Shown: positions 16,795 through 26,612 of the stretch, piece by piece
Layout of the letters: every line of letters starts with the position of its first letter
Position numbering within the stretch: position 1 is the stretch's first letter
Assembly (NCBI GenBank): GCA_031291955.1
Contig: JARLIA010000001.1
Coordinates: 5,300-69,299 of the forward strand
Direction of reading: 5' to 3'
Length of the DNA: 64,000 nt
Source: Minisyncoccota bacterium
GTDB lineage: Bacteria > Patescibacteriota > Minisyncoccia > Moranbacterales > UBA2206
Made by a program: the position numbers and the translations under genes
Notes under the pieces: generated by a model
What the model saw: the letters and a program-made list of their open reading frames with translations, nothing else
Database searches by the model: none
What the model was told of the DNA's origin: nothing

Positions 16795-18264
16795 ATGGTT
16801 GCGAATATTCGTTTTTCATTAGCTGGAATTCGCTCTGCTTTAGCGATTATGAAGAGATCCGAACTTTTTTTTAGTTTCATCCAGGTGCCGGTGGACTATC
16901 TGATGATAGTGCTCGCCGCCCTTTCGGCTTTCCTGATCCGAAACGTCCCGGAAGTCCTCTCGCTGAAACCAAAACTTTACACTTTTCATTTCCATATCTA
17001 TCTGGAAATAGTTTTAGCTGTCGCGCCTATTTTCATTCTGATTTACGCCATGGAAGGCCTTTATGATATCCGCGTTACCCGGAAATTCTGGAAGGAGATG
17101 GTGCGGATTTTTTCAGCCACTTCCATCGGCCTGGTTTTGATTATCGTGGCAATTTTCTTGCAACGGGAATGGTTTTCTTCCCGCTTTGTCATCTTGGCGG
17201 CTTGGGGGCTGGCCACGCTTTATGTTGTCATCGCCCGTTATCTCATTCAGCTCATTCAAAAATGGCTGCTCAGGAGTCGCGGTATCGGTGTTCACCGGGT
17301 GCTGCTTATCGGTCATAACGGCAAGATGGATTTTATCGCCAAAAGCATCCGTCGCGACAGAAGTTTGGGCTATAAGATTGTTGACCAGGTCAACTCGGCC
17401 AGTCTCAAAGTGGTGAAGTCGGTCAAGCAAGACAAGGGGATTGACGAAATTATCCTTTGCGAGCCGTCACTCACCGAAGATGAGCAGGAAAAGCTGATTG
17501 ACTATTGCGCCATCCATAATGTCAAATATAAATATATTCCGACCAGTCGGGAAACCACCCGCTATGATATCGGGGTTTTCAACGGCGAACCGCTTATCGA
17601 AGTCAAAAACACGCCACTGGACGGTTGGGGGCGGATTGCCAAGCGCTTTCTGGATGTCGTGGCAGCCACGCTTGGCATCGTTGTTACTTCACCGATCATG
17701 CTGGCGACGGCTTTGGCCATCAAGCTGGACAGCGACGGGCCGGTGATTTATCGTAATGAGCGCATCGGCGACGACGGCCGGAAATTTTTCGTCTATAAAT
17801 TCCGCTATTTCAAGAACGAATATTGTATTTCCAAGGACAATCCCGATCTCAAAAAAGCCCTGGAGCTGGAAAATAAATTGATTGAAAAACAAAGTGTCAG
17901 AAAAGGGCCGCTGTATAAAATCAAAAACGATCCGCGGAAGACCCGCGTGGGCGCGATAATCGAAAAATATTCCATCGATGAATTGCCGCAATTTTTCAAT
18001 GTTCTTTTCGGTTCGATGAGCATCGTCGGTCCGCGCCCGCACCAGAAACGGGAAGTGGAAAAATATATGGAATATCACCGGCGGCTGCTCACCATTCGTC
18101 CCGGGATAACCGGTATGGCTCAGATTTCCGGCCGTTCAGATCTGGATTTCGAGAAAGAATACCGTCTGGATTTATACTATATCGAGAACTGGAGTATCTG
18201 GCTGGATTTCCAAATACTTTTCAAAACTTTCGGGGTGTTGTTTCGGAAAAGAAGAAATTCATGA
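16795..18264 (+). CDS. polyprenyl-phosphate sugar phosphotransferase (Bac_transf/WbaP-like priming glycosyltransferase)
   Basis: It has N-terminal TM helices, a central Rossmann-like region and a C-terminal bacterial sugar transferase domain (…DELPQFFNVLFGSMSIVGPRPH…ITGMAQISGRSDLDFE). An alternative start is the ATG at 16849 (MKRSELFF). Confidence 0.8.
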   Translation: MVANIRFSLAGIRSALAIMKRSELFFSFIQVPVDYLMIVLAALSAFLIRNVPEVLSLKPKLYTFHFHIYLEIVLAVAPIFILIYAMEGLYDIRVTRKFWKEMVRIFSATSIGLVLIIVAIFLQREWFSSRFVILAAWGLATLYVVIARYLIQLIQKWLLRSRGIGVHRVLLIGHNGKMDFIAKSIRRDRSLGYKIVDQVNSASLKVVKSVKQDKGIDEIILCEPSLTEDEQEKLIDYCAIHNVKYKYIPTSRETTRYDIGVFNGEPLIEVKNTPLDGWGRIAKRFLDVVAATLGIVVTSPIMLATALAIKLDSDGPVIYRNERIGDDGRKFFVYKFRYFKNEYCISKDNPDLKKALELENKLIEKQSVRKGPLYKIKNDPRKTRVGAIIEKYSIDELPQFFNVLFGSMSIVGPRPHQKREVEKYMEYHRRLLTIRPGITGMAQISGRSDLDFEKEYRLDLYYIENWSIWLDFQILFKTFGVLFRKRRNS

Positions 18265-19364
18265 AAATCGCTCTCGTCCATGACTATCTCGTCCAGAACG
18301 GCGGCGCCGAAAAAGTGCTAGAGGCTTTTTGCGAACTTTATCCGGAAGCGCCGATATATACTTTGGTTTATAGTCCAAAATTGATGCATGGCGCGTTCGA
18401 AGGAAGAGATATCCGCACTTCATTTTTGCAAAAGTTTCCTTTGGCCGCCGGTCGCCACCGGGTTTTTCCGCAATTCATGCCCTTTGCCATTGAAGGATTC
18501 GATCTTTCCGGATACGACGTAGTGCTGTCCGATTCGTCGAGTTTTGCTAAAGGCGTCATTACCGGGCCGGAAACGCTTCATATCTGCTATATGCACACGC
18601 CGATGAGATTCGCCTGGGATGATTGTCAGAAATATACCAGCGATTTCTATTTTCCAAACCTCATCAAAAAAGCGGTGCCGTTTTTCATGAACTACATCCG
18701 TCTTTGGGATCGGGCCAGTGCCGACCGGCCGGATCGGATCATCGCCAATTCTCGCTTCGTTTCCCGCCGGATAAAAAAATATTATAAACGCGACAGCCTG
18801 GTTATCAATCCGCCGGTGAATATTGGTAATTTTCAGACTAGCCGGGAGAAAGGAAATTATTTTTTAGCTGCCGGCCGCCTCATGGCCTACAAACGCTTCG
18901 ATATTATCATTGAAGCATTTAACCGATTGGGACTGCCACTCAAGATTATCAGCCGTGGGCCGGAAATGAAACGTCTTCAAAAGATGGCCAAGTCCAACAT
19001 TGAATTTCTGGGGCGGGTGAGCGATGCCGAGCTTACCCAATATTTCTCATCTTGCCAGGCTTTCATTTTCCCTCAAGAAGAAGATTTCGGCATTATTGCG
19101 ATTGAGGCCATGGCTTCCGGCACGCCGATTATCGCTTACCGCGGCGGAGATATTCCGGAGCATACGGAGGAAGGCAAAACGGGAATATTTTTTGACGAGC
19201 AGACGCCGGAAGCTATTATGGAAGTCGTTAAAAATTTTGATTGCAAACAATTTGACCCGGAATATATCCGCCAAAGCGTTTTGAAATTTGACAAAAGCGT
19301 CTTTAAGGCTAAAATAAAAGACTACGTCGAAAGCGAGTATAACCAGTTTAAAAGCCAGTCGTAG
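18261..19364 (+). CDS. glycosyltransferase family 4
   Basis: It shows the GT-B fold pattern (MKIALVHDYLVQNGGAEKV…; C-terminal EDFGIIAIEAMASGTPIIAY). It has an ATGA start/stop overlap with the upstream gene. Confidence 0.8.
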   Translation: MKIALVHDYLVQNGGAEKVLEAFCELYPEAPIYTLVYSPKLMHGAFEGRDIRTSFLQKFPLAAGRHRVFPQFMPFAIEGFDLSGYDVVLSDSSSFAKGVITGPETLHICYMHTPMRFAWDDCQKYTSDFYFPNLIKKAVPFFMNYIRLWDRASADRPDRIIANSRFVSRRIKKYYKRDSLVINPPVNIGNFQTSREKGNYFLAAGRLMAYKRFDIIIEAFNRLGLPLKIISRGPEMKRLQKMAKSNIEFLGRVSDAELTQYFSSCQAFIFPQEEDFGIIAIEAMASGTPIIAYRGGDIPEHTEEGKTGIFFDEQTPEAIMEVVKNFDCKQFDPEYIRQSVLKFDKSVFKAKIKDYVESEYNQFKSQS

Positions 19365-19370
19365 CCATTT

Positions 19371-20534
19371 ATGAAAATTGCAATCGATGTCCGTTGTCTA
19401 ACGGATGGTCGCCGGACGGGCGTGGAAGAATACACACTTAGCCTCTTGGAAAATATTTTTGAAATAGATCGGAAGAACAAGTATGTTCTTTTTTTGAATG
19501 CTTGGAAAGAGCCGCGTTTTGATTTTTCAACTCTCGAAAAATATCCGAACGTTAAACTGAAAAGACTCCGGATTCCCAATAAGCTTCTCAATTTTTCTTT
19601 TTGGTATCAGGATTGGCCCAAAATAAACCGCTTAGTCGGAGGAGCGGACATTGTTTTTTCGCCCAACATTATTTTTGGCGCGGTCAGCAAATACGTAAAG
19701 CATGTCACAACCATTCACGACTTGTCGTTTGAAAGGTATCCGGAATATTTTTCCCAGAAACGGCGCTGGTGGCATATTTTCATCAACGCCCGAAAAATCT
19801 GCCGGCAGGCGAACAGAATTATTGCTGTTTCCGAATCAACCAAAAAAGATGTCGTCTCGCTCTACGGCATAGACCCGCAAAAAATCGCCGTCATTCCGAG
19901 CGCCGTTTCGGATAAATTTCGAATCATCAATAGGAACGACGCCAAACTGGTTAAGGTCAAGGAAAAATATAATTTGCCGTATAAGTTTATTTTGTTTTTG
20001 GGGACGATCGAACCGCGGAAAAATATCGTTGGTCTGGTGCGGGCTTTTTCGGCTTTCCAAAAATTTGCCCGGGAAAACAAGAAAGATGATCTGCAAAAAT
20101 ATAAGCTTGTCATCGCGGGCAGTTCCGGCTGGAAGAATGAGGGAATATTCCAAGAGATCAATAATTCCGAATCCAAGGATGATATCCAAGTCATCAACTT
20201 CGTGGATGATGAGGACAAGCCCTATATATATAATCTGGCGTCGCTTTTTGTTTACCCGTCTTTTTTCGAAGGCTTCGGCTTTCCGCCGTTGGAAGCGATG
20301 AAGTGCGGCGTGCCGGTGATTGCGTCGAACAATTCTTCCCTTCCGGAAATTGTCGGCAACGCGGGGATTTTGATCGACCCGGACAAACCGGAAGAAATTT
20401 TCCGCGCCATGCGGGAAGTTCTTTCGAGTCGCGAACTTCAGCTTGAGCTCATCAAAAAAGGTTTTGAAAAAGCCGATCAATTCGCCTGGAAAAAAACTGC
20501 CCAAAAAACGCTTGAAATATTTGAAACAACTTAA
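19371..20534 (+). CDS. glycosyltransferase family 4
   Basis: The GT4 signature is present (LFLGTIEPRKNI…; EGFGFPPLEAMKCGVPVIASNNSSLPEIVG). Confidence 0.85.
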   Translation: MKIAIDVRCLTDGRRTGVEEYTLSLLENIFEIDRKNKYVLFLNAWKEPRFDFSTLEKYPNVKLKRLRIPNKLLNFSFWYQDWPKINRLVGGADIVFSPNIIFGAVSKYVKHVTTIHDLSFERYPEYFSQKRRWWHIFINARKICRQANRIIAVSESTKKDVVSLYGIDPQKIAVIPSAVSDKFRIINRNDAKLVKVKEKYNLPYKFILFLGTIEPRKNIVGLVRAFSAFQKFARENKKDDLQKYKLVIAGSSGWKNEGIFQEINNSESKDDIQVINFVDDEDKPYIYNLASLFVYPSFFEGFGFPPLEAMKCGVPVIASNNSSLPEIVGNAGILIDPDKPEEIFRAMREVLSSRELQLELIKKGFEKADQFAWKKTAQKTLEIFETT

Positions 20535-20629
20535 ACACTTTTATAACTAGCTCAAAAACATGAATACGTAAAGAGCGGGGCAAAAGCCTCGCTCAATTTG
20601 AAATTATTATATAATTTTGATTAACGCTT

Positions 20630-21073
20630 TTAGAATAAAAAGTTGCCAGACCAACCGGACCAACTTTTTCCTGGTTGTTTGATCCTTACTTTTACACTAT
20701 ACAAAAAACTTTTGTTCTGAGTTATGCTATTATCGGGAATGCTGGATAAGTCTATTGCGGAACCGGCCGAGCTGCAAGCAGTATTAACGGTGCCGGATCG
20801 GTTGGCGGCTTTTGGCGGATTGTATTTTATATCAGTGTATTTTTTGCCCTTTAATATATACCTGGCTTTTATTATCTGACCATTTACTACTGGTGAAATC
20901 TGGAAATGCACGCGAACTGAACGAAGTTGATAAGGTGTGCCAGTTGAATAAGAAGTGCCTGCCGCCTCTGTAATCCTGGGCGTGGGGCTTTTGGCTGCTA
21001 CGGCCACACTGGTTTGAACTCCCAAAAAAGCAGTGATGGCCACACTGGCGACAAGAAGCGATTTTTTAATCAT
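20630..21073 (-). CDS. small secreted protein, function unknown
   Basis: It has a signal peptide (MIKKSLLVASVAITAFLGVQTSVAVAA). It is convergent with the upstream GT4 gene, and a GAGCGGGG…CCTCGCTC hairpin lies between them. Confidence 0.45.
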   Translation of the reverse strand: MIKKSLLVASVAITAFLGVQTSVAVAAKSPTPRITEAAGTSYSTGTPYQLRSVRVHFQISPVVNGQIIKARYILKGKKYTDIKYNPPKAANRSGTVNTACSSAGSAIDLSSIPDNSITQNKSFLYSVKVRIKQPGKSWSGWSGNFLF

Positions 21074-21328
21074 ATTTTATTTTAATTATTTATTAATGAT
21101 ATGTTATAATTCGCTAACTCGCATATTAATTTTACTTGAATTTTTCAAAGTGTCCACCGGGCTCTTTTGAAAAGTTATCCACAGGTCAAAACTTTGTTTA
21201 ATTTAGCCTTGTTCGAAAAACGCTTGCCGTGTTTGTGAGTTTTGTAAAAAAGTAAATCCCAGTTTTGTTCAATGGCAATTTGTGGTATGATCAAGATGTT
21301 AATATTTTAAGAATAAATCAAAAGCTTT

Positions 21329-21865
21329 ATGGAATTTTCCCTAAATAAAAATAAAAAAAGTAGCATTTTAAAATCCAGATGGTTCATTAGCATTATCGGT
21401 GTAATTATGGTTTTTGCGCTAACTAGCGGAAATATTTTCTATAGTGATTTCGCTGCATCTGATATATATTTCGCTTTATTTTTTTTGGTATGTTTTATTA
21501 TCGCGTTGCTAATATTTTTTTATAAACAGAAAGCTTTTGGTAATTTTGTTGCGGACGAGGAGGGAATAAAAGTTAATGACAAGTTATATTCTTGGGATAA
21601 GGCCATTAATTACCATTGGCTAGGTGAAGCTCAGGGAGAAAGAATAGGTGCGGTTGGCATAGGCGGCGCATTGCAATATGACCCAATGAATCCCAATGAA
21701 TTTGCTGATACAAAAGTGGCTAGAATCAAAATTAAGGAAGGTCTTTTCCGTCATTCTTATATAAATCTAGAAGTTGATAATAATAAGGCGGGTGATTTAG
21801 TGAATGTTTTTGAACAACATCAAGTAAAACATCTTTCCCAATGGCGTGAGATAGTGGGAATATAA
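21329..21865 (+). CDS. membrane protein, function unknown
   Basis: It has two N-terminal TM helices followed by a soluble domain. I see no recognisable motifs. Confidence 0.4.
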   Translation: MEFSLNKNKKSSILKSRWFISIIGVIMVFALTSGNIFYSDFAASDIYFALFFLVCFIIALLIFFYKQKAFGNFVADEEGIKVNDKLYSWDKAINYHWLGEAQGERIGAVGIGGALQYDPMNPNEFADTKVARIKIKEGLFRHSYINLEVDNNKAGDLVNVFEQHQVKHLSQWREIVGI

Positions 21866-21892
21866 AACTTGTCGGGGCAATATCAAGATAAA

Positions 21893-23029
21893 ATGAAACA
21901 AAAAGTCAAAAAAGTTTCCAAATGGATTTTAGCGGTTGTTTTGGCCTACGTGATTGTTCTCGTCGGCGGATTTTTCGGCATCAAATATGGACTGACCAAT
22001 ACGGCCGGGATAGTGGACGGGGAAAATAATTATTTCCAGAAATCCGAGAACCAAATTTCGAGGATGCAAAAGGTGGAGGGCGTTTCAACTGAAAACGCGA
22101 AAGTCGACCAGCTAAAAAATTTGAACGATTGCCAGATTGCTGCCATCGGCCAGTATTATCCGGCCAATGCACAAAAAATAATTGCCGCTTATCAAGAAAC
22201 GAATAGCGATCCACTGATTGCCAAGATGATTCTGGCGGTCGATTTGCGGATGCTGGACAATCCCGATTTTCAGAAAAAATACGCCGCCTGCCAAACGGAA
22301 AGCTACGCGGAAAACAATTCGGAAAGTCTGGACACGCTGGCTCAGAAATTTCCGGAAAATTCCAGTCAGAACGTCTTTCCCTGGATGAACCGGTCGGAAT
22401 GGCAGACGATCGCCGCCGCAACCATAAAAGACAAAGACGCTATCGACAAGGCCGGCAAGAGTGCCGGCGTGGAGCCGAGAATGATTGTGGCCTGCATGAT
22501 CGTGGAACAACTCCGGCTTTTCAACTCCGAGCGGGAAGTTTTCAAAAAAGTTTTTGAGCCTTTGAAAATCTTGGGGAACGCCGATCAGATTTCTTTGGGT
22601 GTCATGGGTGTCAAACAGCAAACGGCCGAAAAAATTGAAAACAATTTGAAAGACCAGTCTTCTCCCTATTATCTTGGCCAGCAGTACGAACACCTTTTGG
22701 ATTATCTGCCCGGGACGACCGACATCAATCAGGCGAGATTTGCCCGCCTCACCGACGAAAGCGACAATCATTATTATTCATATCTTTACGGCGCGCTATA
22801 TCTGCGCGAGATGCTGGAACAGTGGCGGCGAAGCGGATTCAATATTCAATACCGAATGGAAATCGTCGGCACGCTTTTCAACGTCGGCTTTCCCCAATCC
22901 AAACCGAACCCCGATCCCAAGGTGGGTGGCTCTTCAATCGATGTGGGCGACGGCAAATATTCCTTCGGCTCGCTGGCCTATGAGTTTTACTATTCCGGCG
23001 AACTGACGGACGAATTCCCATACAAATAG
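21893..23029 (+). CDS. membrane-anchored hypothetical protein (possibly a distant SLT-like fold)
   Basis: There is a single N-terminal TM (ILAVVLAYVIVLVGGFFGI). The segment …ISLGVMGVKQQTAEKI… faintly resembles the SLT 'GLMQ' motif. The likely ATG is at 21893; the track's start at 21869 is a TTG. Confidence 0.45.
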   Translation: MKQKVKKVSKWILAVVLAYVIVLVGGFFGIKYGLTNTAGIVDGENNYFQKSENQISRMQKVEGVSTENAKVDQLKNLNDCQIAAIGQYYPANAQKIIAAYQETNSDPLIAKMILAVDLRMLDNPDFQKKYAACQTESYAENNSESLDTLAQKFPENSSQNVFPWMNRSEWQTIAAATIKDKDAIDKAGKSAGVEPRMIVACMIVEQLRLFNSEREVFKKVFEPLKILGNADQISLGVMGVKQQTAEKIENNLKDQSSPYYLGQQYEHLLDYLPGTTDINQARFARLTDESDNHYYSYLYGALYLREMLEQWRRSGFNIQYRMEIVGTLFNVGFPQSKPNPDPKVGGSSIDVGDGKYSFGSLAYEFYYSGELTDEFPYK

Positions 23030-23080
23030 AGCAGCCTTTCACGGGTTTAATACTCGCTTTTTTTGTGCTAAGATTAAGCC

Positions 23081-24208
23081 ATGAGAATCGGCATTGACGC
23101 CCGGTTTTACGGCCCCATCGGCAAGGGGCTGGGGCGGTATACCCAAAAATTAATAGAAAATTTGGAAAAGGTTGACCAAGTCAACCAGTATTTTATTTTC
23201 CTGAAAAAGGAAAATTTCGACGAATACCAGCCCAAAAATCCCAATTTCCAAAAAGTGCTGGCCGATTACCGCTGGTACACTTTTGCCGAACAATTGAAAT
23301 TTCCGCGGCTCTTAAAAAAATACAAACTGGACCTGGTGCATTTCACTCATTTTAACGTGCCCCTTTTTTATTTCGGGAAATTCGTGGTCACCATCCACGA
23401 TCTCATCCTCCTTCATTTTCCTACCATTCGCAGCTCCACTTTGTCGCCGCTGAAATACAAATTAAAATTCTGGGCTTATAAAATCATCATTAATTCGGCC
23501 ATTCATCGGTCAAGCCGTATCATTGCGGTGTCCCGCTTTACTAAATATGACATCCTGGAAAATTATCCCCGTATTCCTCAGGAAAAAATCGCCGTTACTT
23601 ACGAAGCTTGCGATGATTATTGTCTTTTTAATCCGAAAAAAACCGAGGAAGTTTTGGCGCGCTATGGTATAATGAAGCCGTACATCCTTTATGTCGGCAA
23701 CGCCTATCCGCACAAAAATCCGGAGCGGTTGATCCGGGCTTTCAAAAAACTGGAAAATTATCCGGCCGATCTCAAACTAGTTTTTGTGGGCACGGAAGAT
23801 TATTTCTACCGGCGCTTAAAGCAGCAAGCGATTGACGAGAAAGTGGCAAATGTTATCTTCGCTGGTTTTGTGCCTGATTATGACCTGGATGGCGTTTTTC
23901 GGGGCGCTCTGGCTTACATCCGCCCATCGCTTTATGAAGGTTTTCAATTGCCGCCGCTCGAGGCCATGGCTCGCGGTGTTCCAGTGCTCTGCTCGGATCA
24001 TCCGGGCGCCGCGGAGGTTTTGGGCGAAGCCGCTTGCTACTTTAAAATGGAAGATATTGACGATATGGTGCGAGTCATAAAATTAATCGCGGAAGATGAG
24101 GCTCTGTGTCGGGAGTTGCAGGAAAAAGGTTACGAACAAGTTAAGAAATACAGCTGGAAAAAAATGGCCCGTGAAACTTTGGAGCTATATACAAAAATAA
24201 AATTATAG
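23081..24208 (+). CDS. glycosyltransferase family 4
   Basis: The GT4 pattern is present (MRIGIDARFYG…; YEGFQLPPLEAMARGVPVLCSDHPGAAEVLG). Confidence 0.85.
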   Translation: MRIGIDARFYGPIGKGLGRYTQKLIENLEKVDQVNQYFIFLKKENFDEYQPKNPNFQKVLADYRWYTFAEQLKFPRLLKKYKLDLVHFTHFNVPLFYFGKFVVTIHDLILLHFPTIRSSTLSPLKYKLKFWAYKIIINSAIHRSSRIIAVSRFTKYDILENYPRIPQEKIAVTYEACDDYCLFNPKKTEEVLARYGIMKPYILYVGNAYPHKNPERLIRAFKKLENYPADLKLVFVGTEDYFYRRLKQQAIDEKVANVIFAGFVPDYDLDGVFRGALAYIRPSLYEGFQLPPLEAMARGVPVLCSDHPGAAEVLGEAACYFKMEDIDDMVRVIKLIAEDEALCRELQEKGYEQVKKYSWKKMARETLELYTKIKL

Positions 24209-24209
24209 G

Positions 24210-26612
24210 ATGGGGGAAAGGAAAAAAATATTGCCGCAAATGTTTGATGTCCGGCCGATTGACAAGGCCGGCAATTTGGATTTGGAAAAAATAAACAAGG
24301 TTGAGAAAGTGACTCATCTGCCGGAGAAAGTCGTGGTGAAAAACAACACCCCGAGGGAGATTCGGAAGATAAATGAAGTGGCTAGGCCGAAAGTTGTCCG
24401 AAGTCCGATGCCTCGTTTCAAAAAAGAGTTTATTCCCCTGAGCAAACCGCGAGTGGAAAAAGTTCATGAGCCCCCTATAAATCAGCATCATTTTGAGAAT
24501 ATCCGGAGCAACTCGCTAGAGTTTGAAAATGGAGACGAATTTTACGAGTTTGGAAATTTGCCGGGAGGACCGAACTATGAGGCGCCTTCCAAATATGCTT
24601 ATCGTCCGATTCGACCGCGCGCCAAGAAAGATTGGCGCGGAAAATTTTATTTTTCCCTAAAAATCGTTATCGCATTTTTAGTTATTTTTTTCATTCTCAA
24701 TGGCGTTTATGTGGCCTATCAATTGAAAAACAACGCTTATCCTCAAGGAGAGGCGGCTATTTTGTCCCTAAAAACAGCCAAATCCAGCCTTGAACAGCGC
24801 AACTTTCAAGCTGCCGCCGATCAGTTCCAAAAAGCCAACGACAACTTCAGCGCTATTTCGAGCGAGTTGGGGACCGAGGGAACTATTTTGGCCGGTATGA
24901 CCAAATATGTGCCGTATCTTTCCAAGGCATCTTCCGGCACTCATTTGCTGGCAGCTGGAAAGGATCTTTCCCAATCTGGCGTTCTGGCTTCTGGTGTTTT
25001 GGAGCAGCTCAATAATCTTCGTGCCAAGACGGCTTCTGGCACGCCGGTTTCTTATTTGAAATTTTTTCAAGACAATGAAAGCAATCTGAAAACAACCGAT
25101 GCACTGCTAAAGGACGCTCAGAATAATCTGGCTTCGGTAAACGCGGATGATTTGCCCGACAAATATAAGGATGAATATATCCAAATGAATCAGTATGTGG
25201 GGAAGGCCGCTATTTTGTTGGATGATATTCTGGGTCAAAAAAATATGATTGCTGATATTCTTGGCGGAAACGGTCCGCGGAAATATCTATTTTTGTTCGA
25301 AAATAACCAGGAAATGCGCGCTACCGGCGGATTTATCGGCAGTTATGGCGAACTGGATATTTTCAATGGACGAGTAGAGAAGTTTTTTATGGATGGGATC
25401 TATGATCCAGATGGACAATTAAAAACCCGGATCGTGCCGCCCGGACCCGTTCAAAAAATCAGTGCCAACTGGAGCATGCATGACAGCAATTGGTGGCCGG
25501 ATTTTCCCACCAGCGCTCAAAAGATCGCCTGGTTCTACGAACAAGCCGGTGGGCCGACGGTAGACGGCGTGATCGCCATTACGCCAACTGTTCTCCAAGA
25601 TTTGTTGGCGATAACCGGACCGATTCCGATGCCCAGCTACGGTGTTACGGTCGATCAAAATAATTTTATCCCAGTAATTCAATACAAAGTGGAGGTGGAT
25701 TATGACAAGACCGCTAATCATCCCAAGCAGATTCTTTCCGATTTGGCGCCGAAAATTATCAATAAAATAATTAACGACGGCAATCTGGATGATGTGGCCA
25801 AGATGGCCAATTCAATTTTGGGAAACTTGAATGAAAAGCAGATTCAACTTTATTCGAGAAATCCACAGGTGGAAAATCTCATGGATCAGAATAGTTGGTC
25901 GGGCCGGATTCTGTCTACGCCAAAAGATTATGTCAGCGTCATAAACACCAACATCAATGGCTTTAAAACGGACGGAGTGATTGATCAAAGCATTTCCCAT
26001 GACGCCAAAATTCAGTCGGATGGCAGCGTTATGGACACTTTGACAATTACACGGCGCCACAATGGCGGCAACACGCCCTACGATTGGTGGAATCAGGTCA
26101 ATGATGACTATATGCGGGTCTATGTACCTGAAGGAGCCAAGCTCTTGAGCGCGACGGGCGCGACTCGCGAGACCGATGCGCCGCCGCTTGATTATAACGC
26201 GCTCGGATATCAACGCGACTCATTATTGGAAGCGGAAGAAAACGCGACAAAAATCGATCCAAATTCTGGCACTCGGATATATGACGAAGATGGTAAGACT
26301 GTTTTTGCCAATTGGGTGTACGTCAGCCCCCAGGAAAGCGTGATAGTGAAATATACTTACCTTTTGCCCTTCAAGGTTGATCCAAGCCAGGTTTCGCTTG
26401 GTACGTATTCTCTTTTGGCGCAAAAACAAGCCGGCAGTCTTGGTTCTAAATTTAAAAGCACGCTCGAATATCCGGGCGCTTGGAATCCGATTTGGGAAAA
26501 TCCGGGTGATGGTCTCGAGACCATAAATGGCTTGCCCGATGAGCAAAAGGGGGTTAAGATGAAAGCTGATTTAAAAACAGACAGGTTTATCGGCATAGCC
26601 TTTGCGAAATAG
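24210..26612 (+). CDS. large membrane-anchored extracellular protein, DUF4012-like
   Basis: It has a central TM (IVIAFLVIFFILNGVYVAY) and a large C-terminal domain with a DUF4012-type motif (FLFENNQEMRATGGFIGSYG…). Its position between a GT and murJ is typical of cell-wall glycopolymer loci. Confidence 0.55.
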   Translation: MGERKKILPQMFDVRPIDKAGNLDLEKINKVEKVTHLPEKVVVKNNTPREIRKINEVARPKVVRSPMPRFKKEFIPLSKPRVEKVHEPPINQHHFENIRSNSLEFENGDEFYEFGNLPGGPNYEAPSKYAYRPIRPRAKKDWRGKFYFSLKIVIAFLVIFFILNGVYVAYQLKNNAYPQGEAAILSLKTAKSSLEQRNFQAAADQFQKANDNFSAISSELGTEGTILAGMTKYVPYLSKASSGTHLLAAGKDLSQSGVLASGVLEQLNNLRAKTASGTPVSYLKFFQDNESNLKTTDALLKDAQNNLASVNADDLPDKYKDEYIQMNQYVGKAAILLDDILGQKNMIADILGGNGPRKYLFLFENNQEMRATGGFIGSYGELDIFNGRVEKFFMDGIYDPDGQLKTRIVPPGPVQKISANWSMHDSNWWPDFPTSAQKIAWFYEQAGGPTVDGVIAITPTVLQDLLAITGPIPMPSYGVTVDQNNFIPVIQYKVEVDYDKTANHPKQILSDLAPKIINKIINDGNLDDVAKMANSILGNLNEKQIQLYSRNPQVENLMDQNSWSGRILSTPKDYVSVINTNINGFKTDGVIDQSISHDAKIQSDGSVMDTLTITRRHNGGNTPYDWWNQVNDDYMRVYVPEGAKLLSATGATRETDAPPLDYNALGYQRDSLLEAEENATKIDPNSGTRIYDEDGKTVFANWVYVSPQESVIVKYTYLLPFKVDPSQVSLGTYSLLAQKQAGSLGSKFKSTLEYPGAWNPIWENPGDGLETINGLPDEQKGVKMKADLKTDRFIGIAFAK

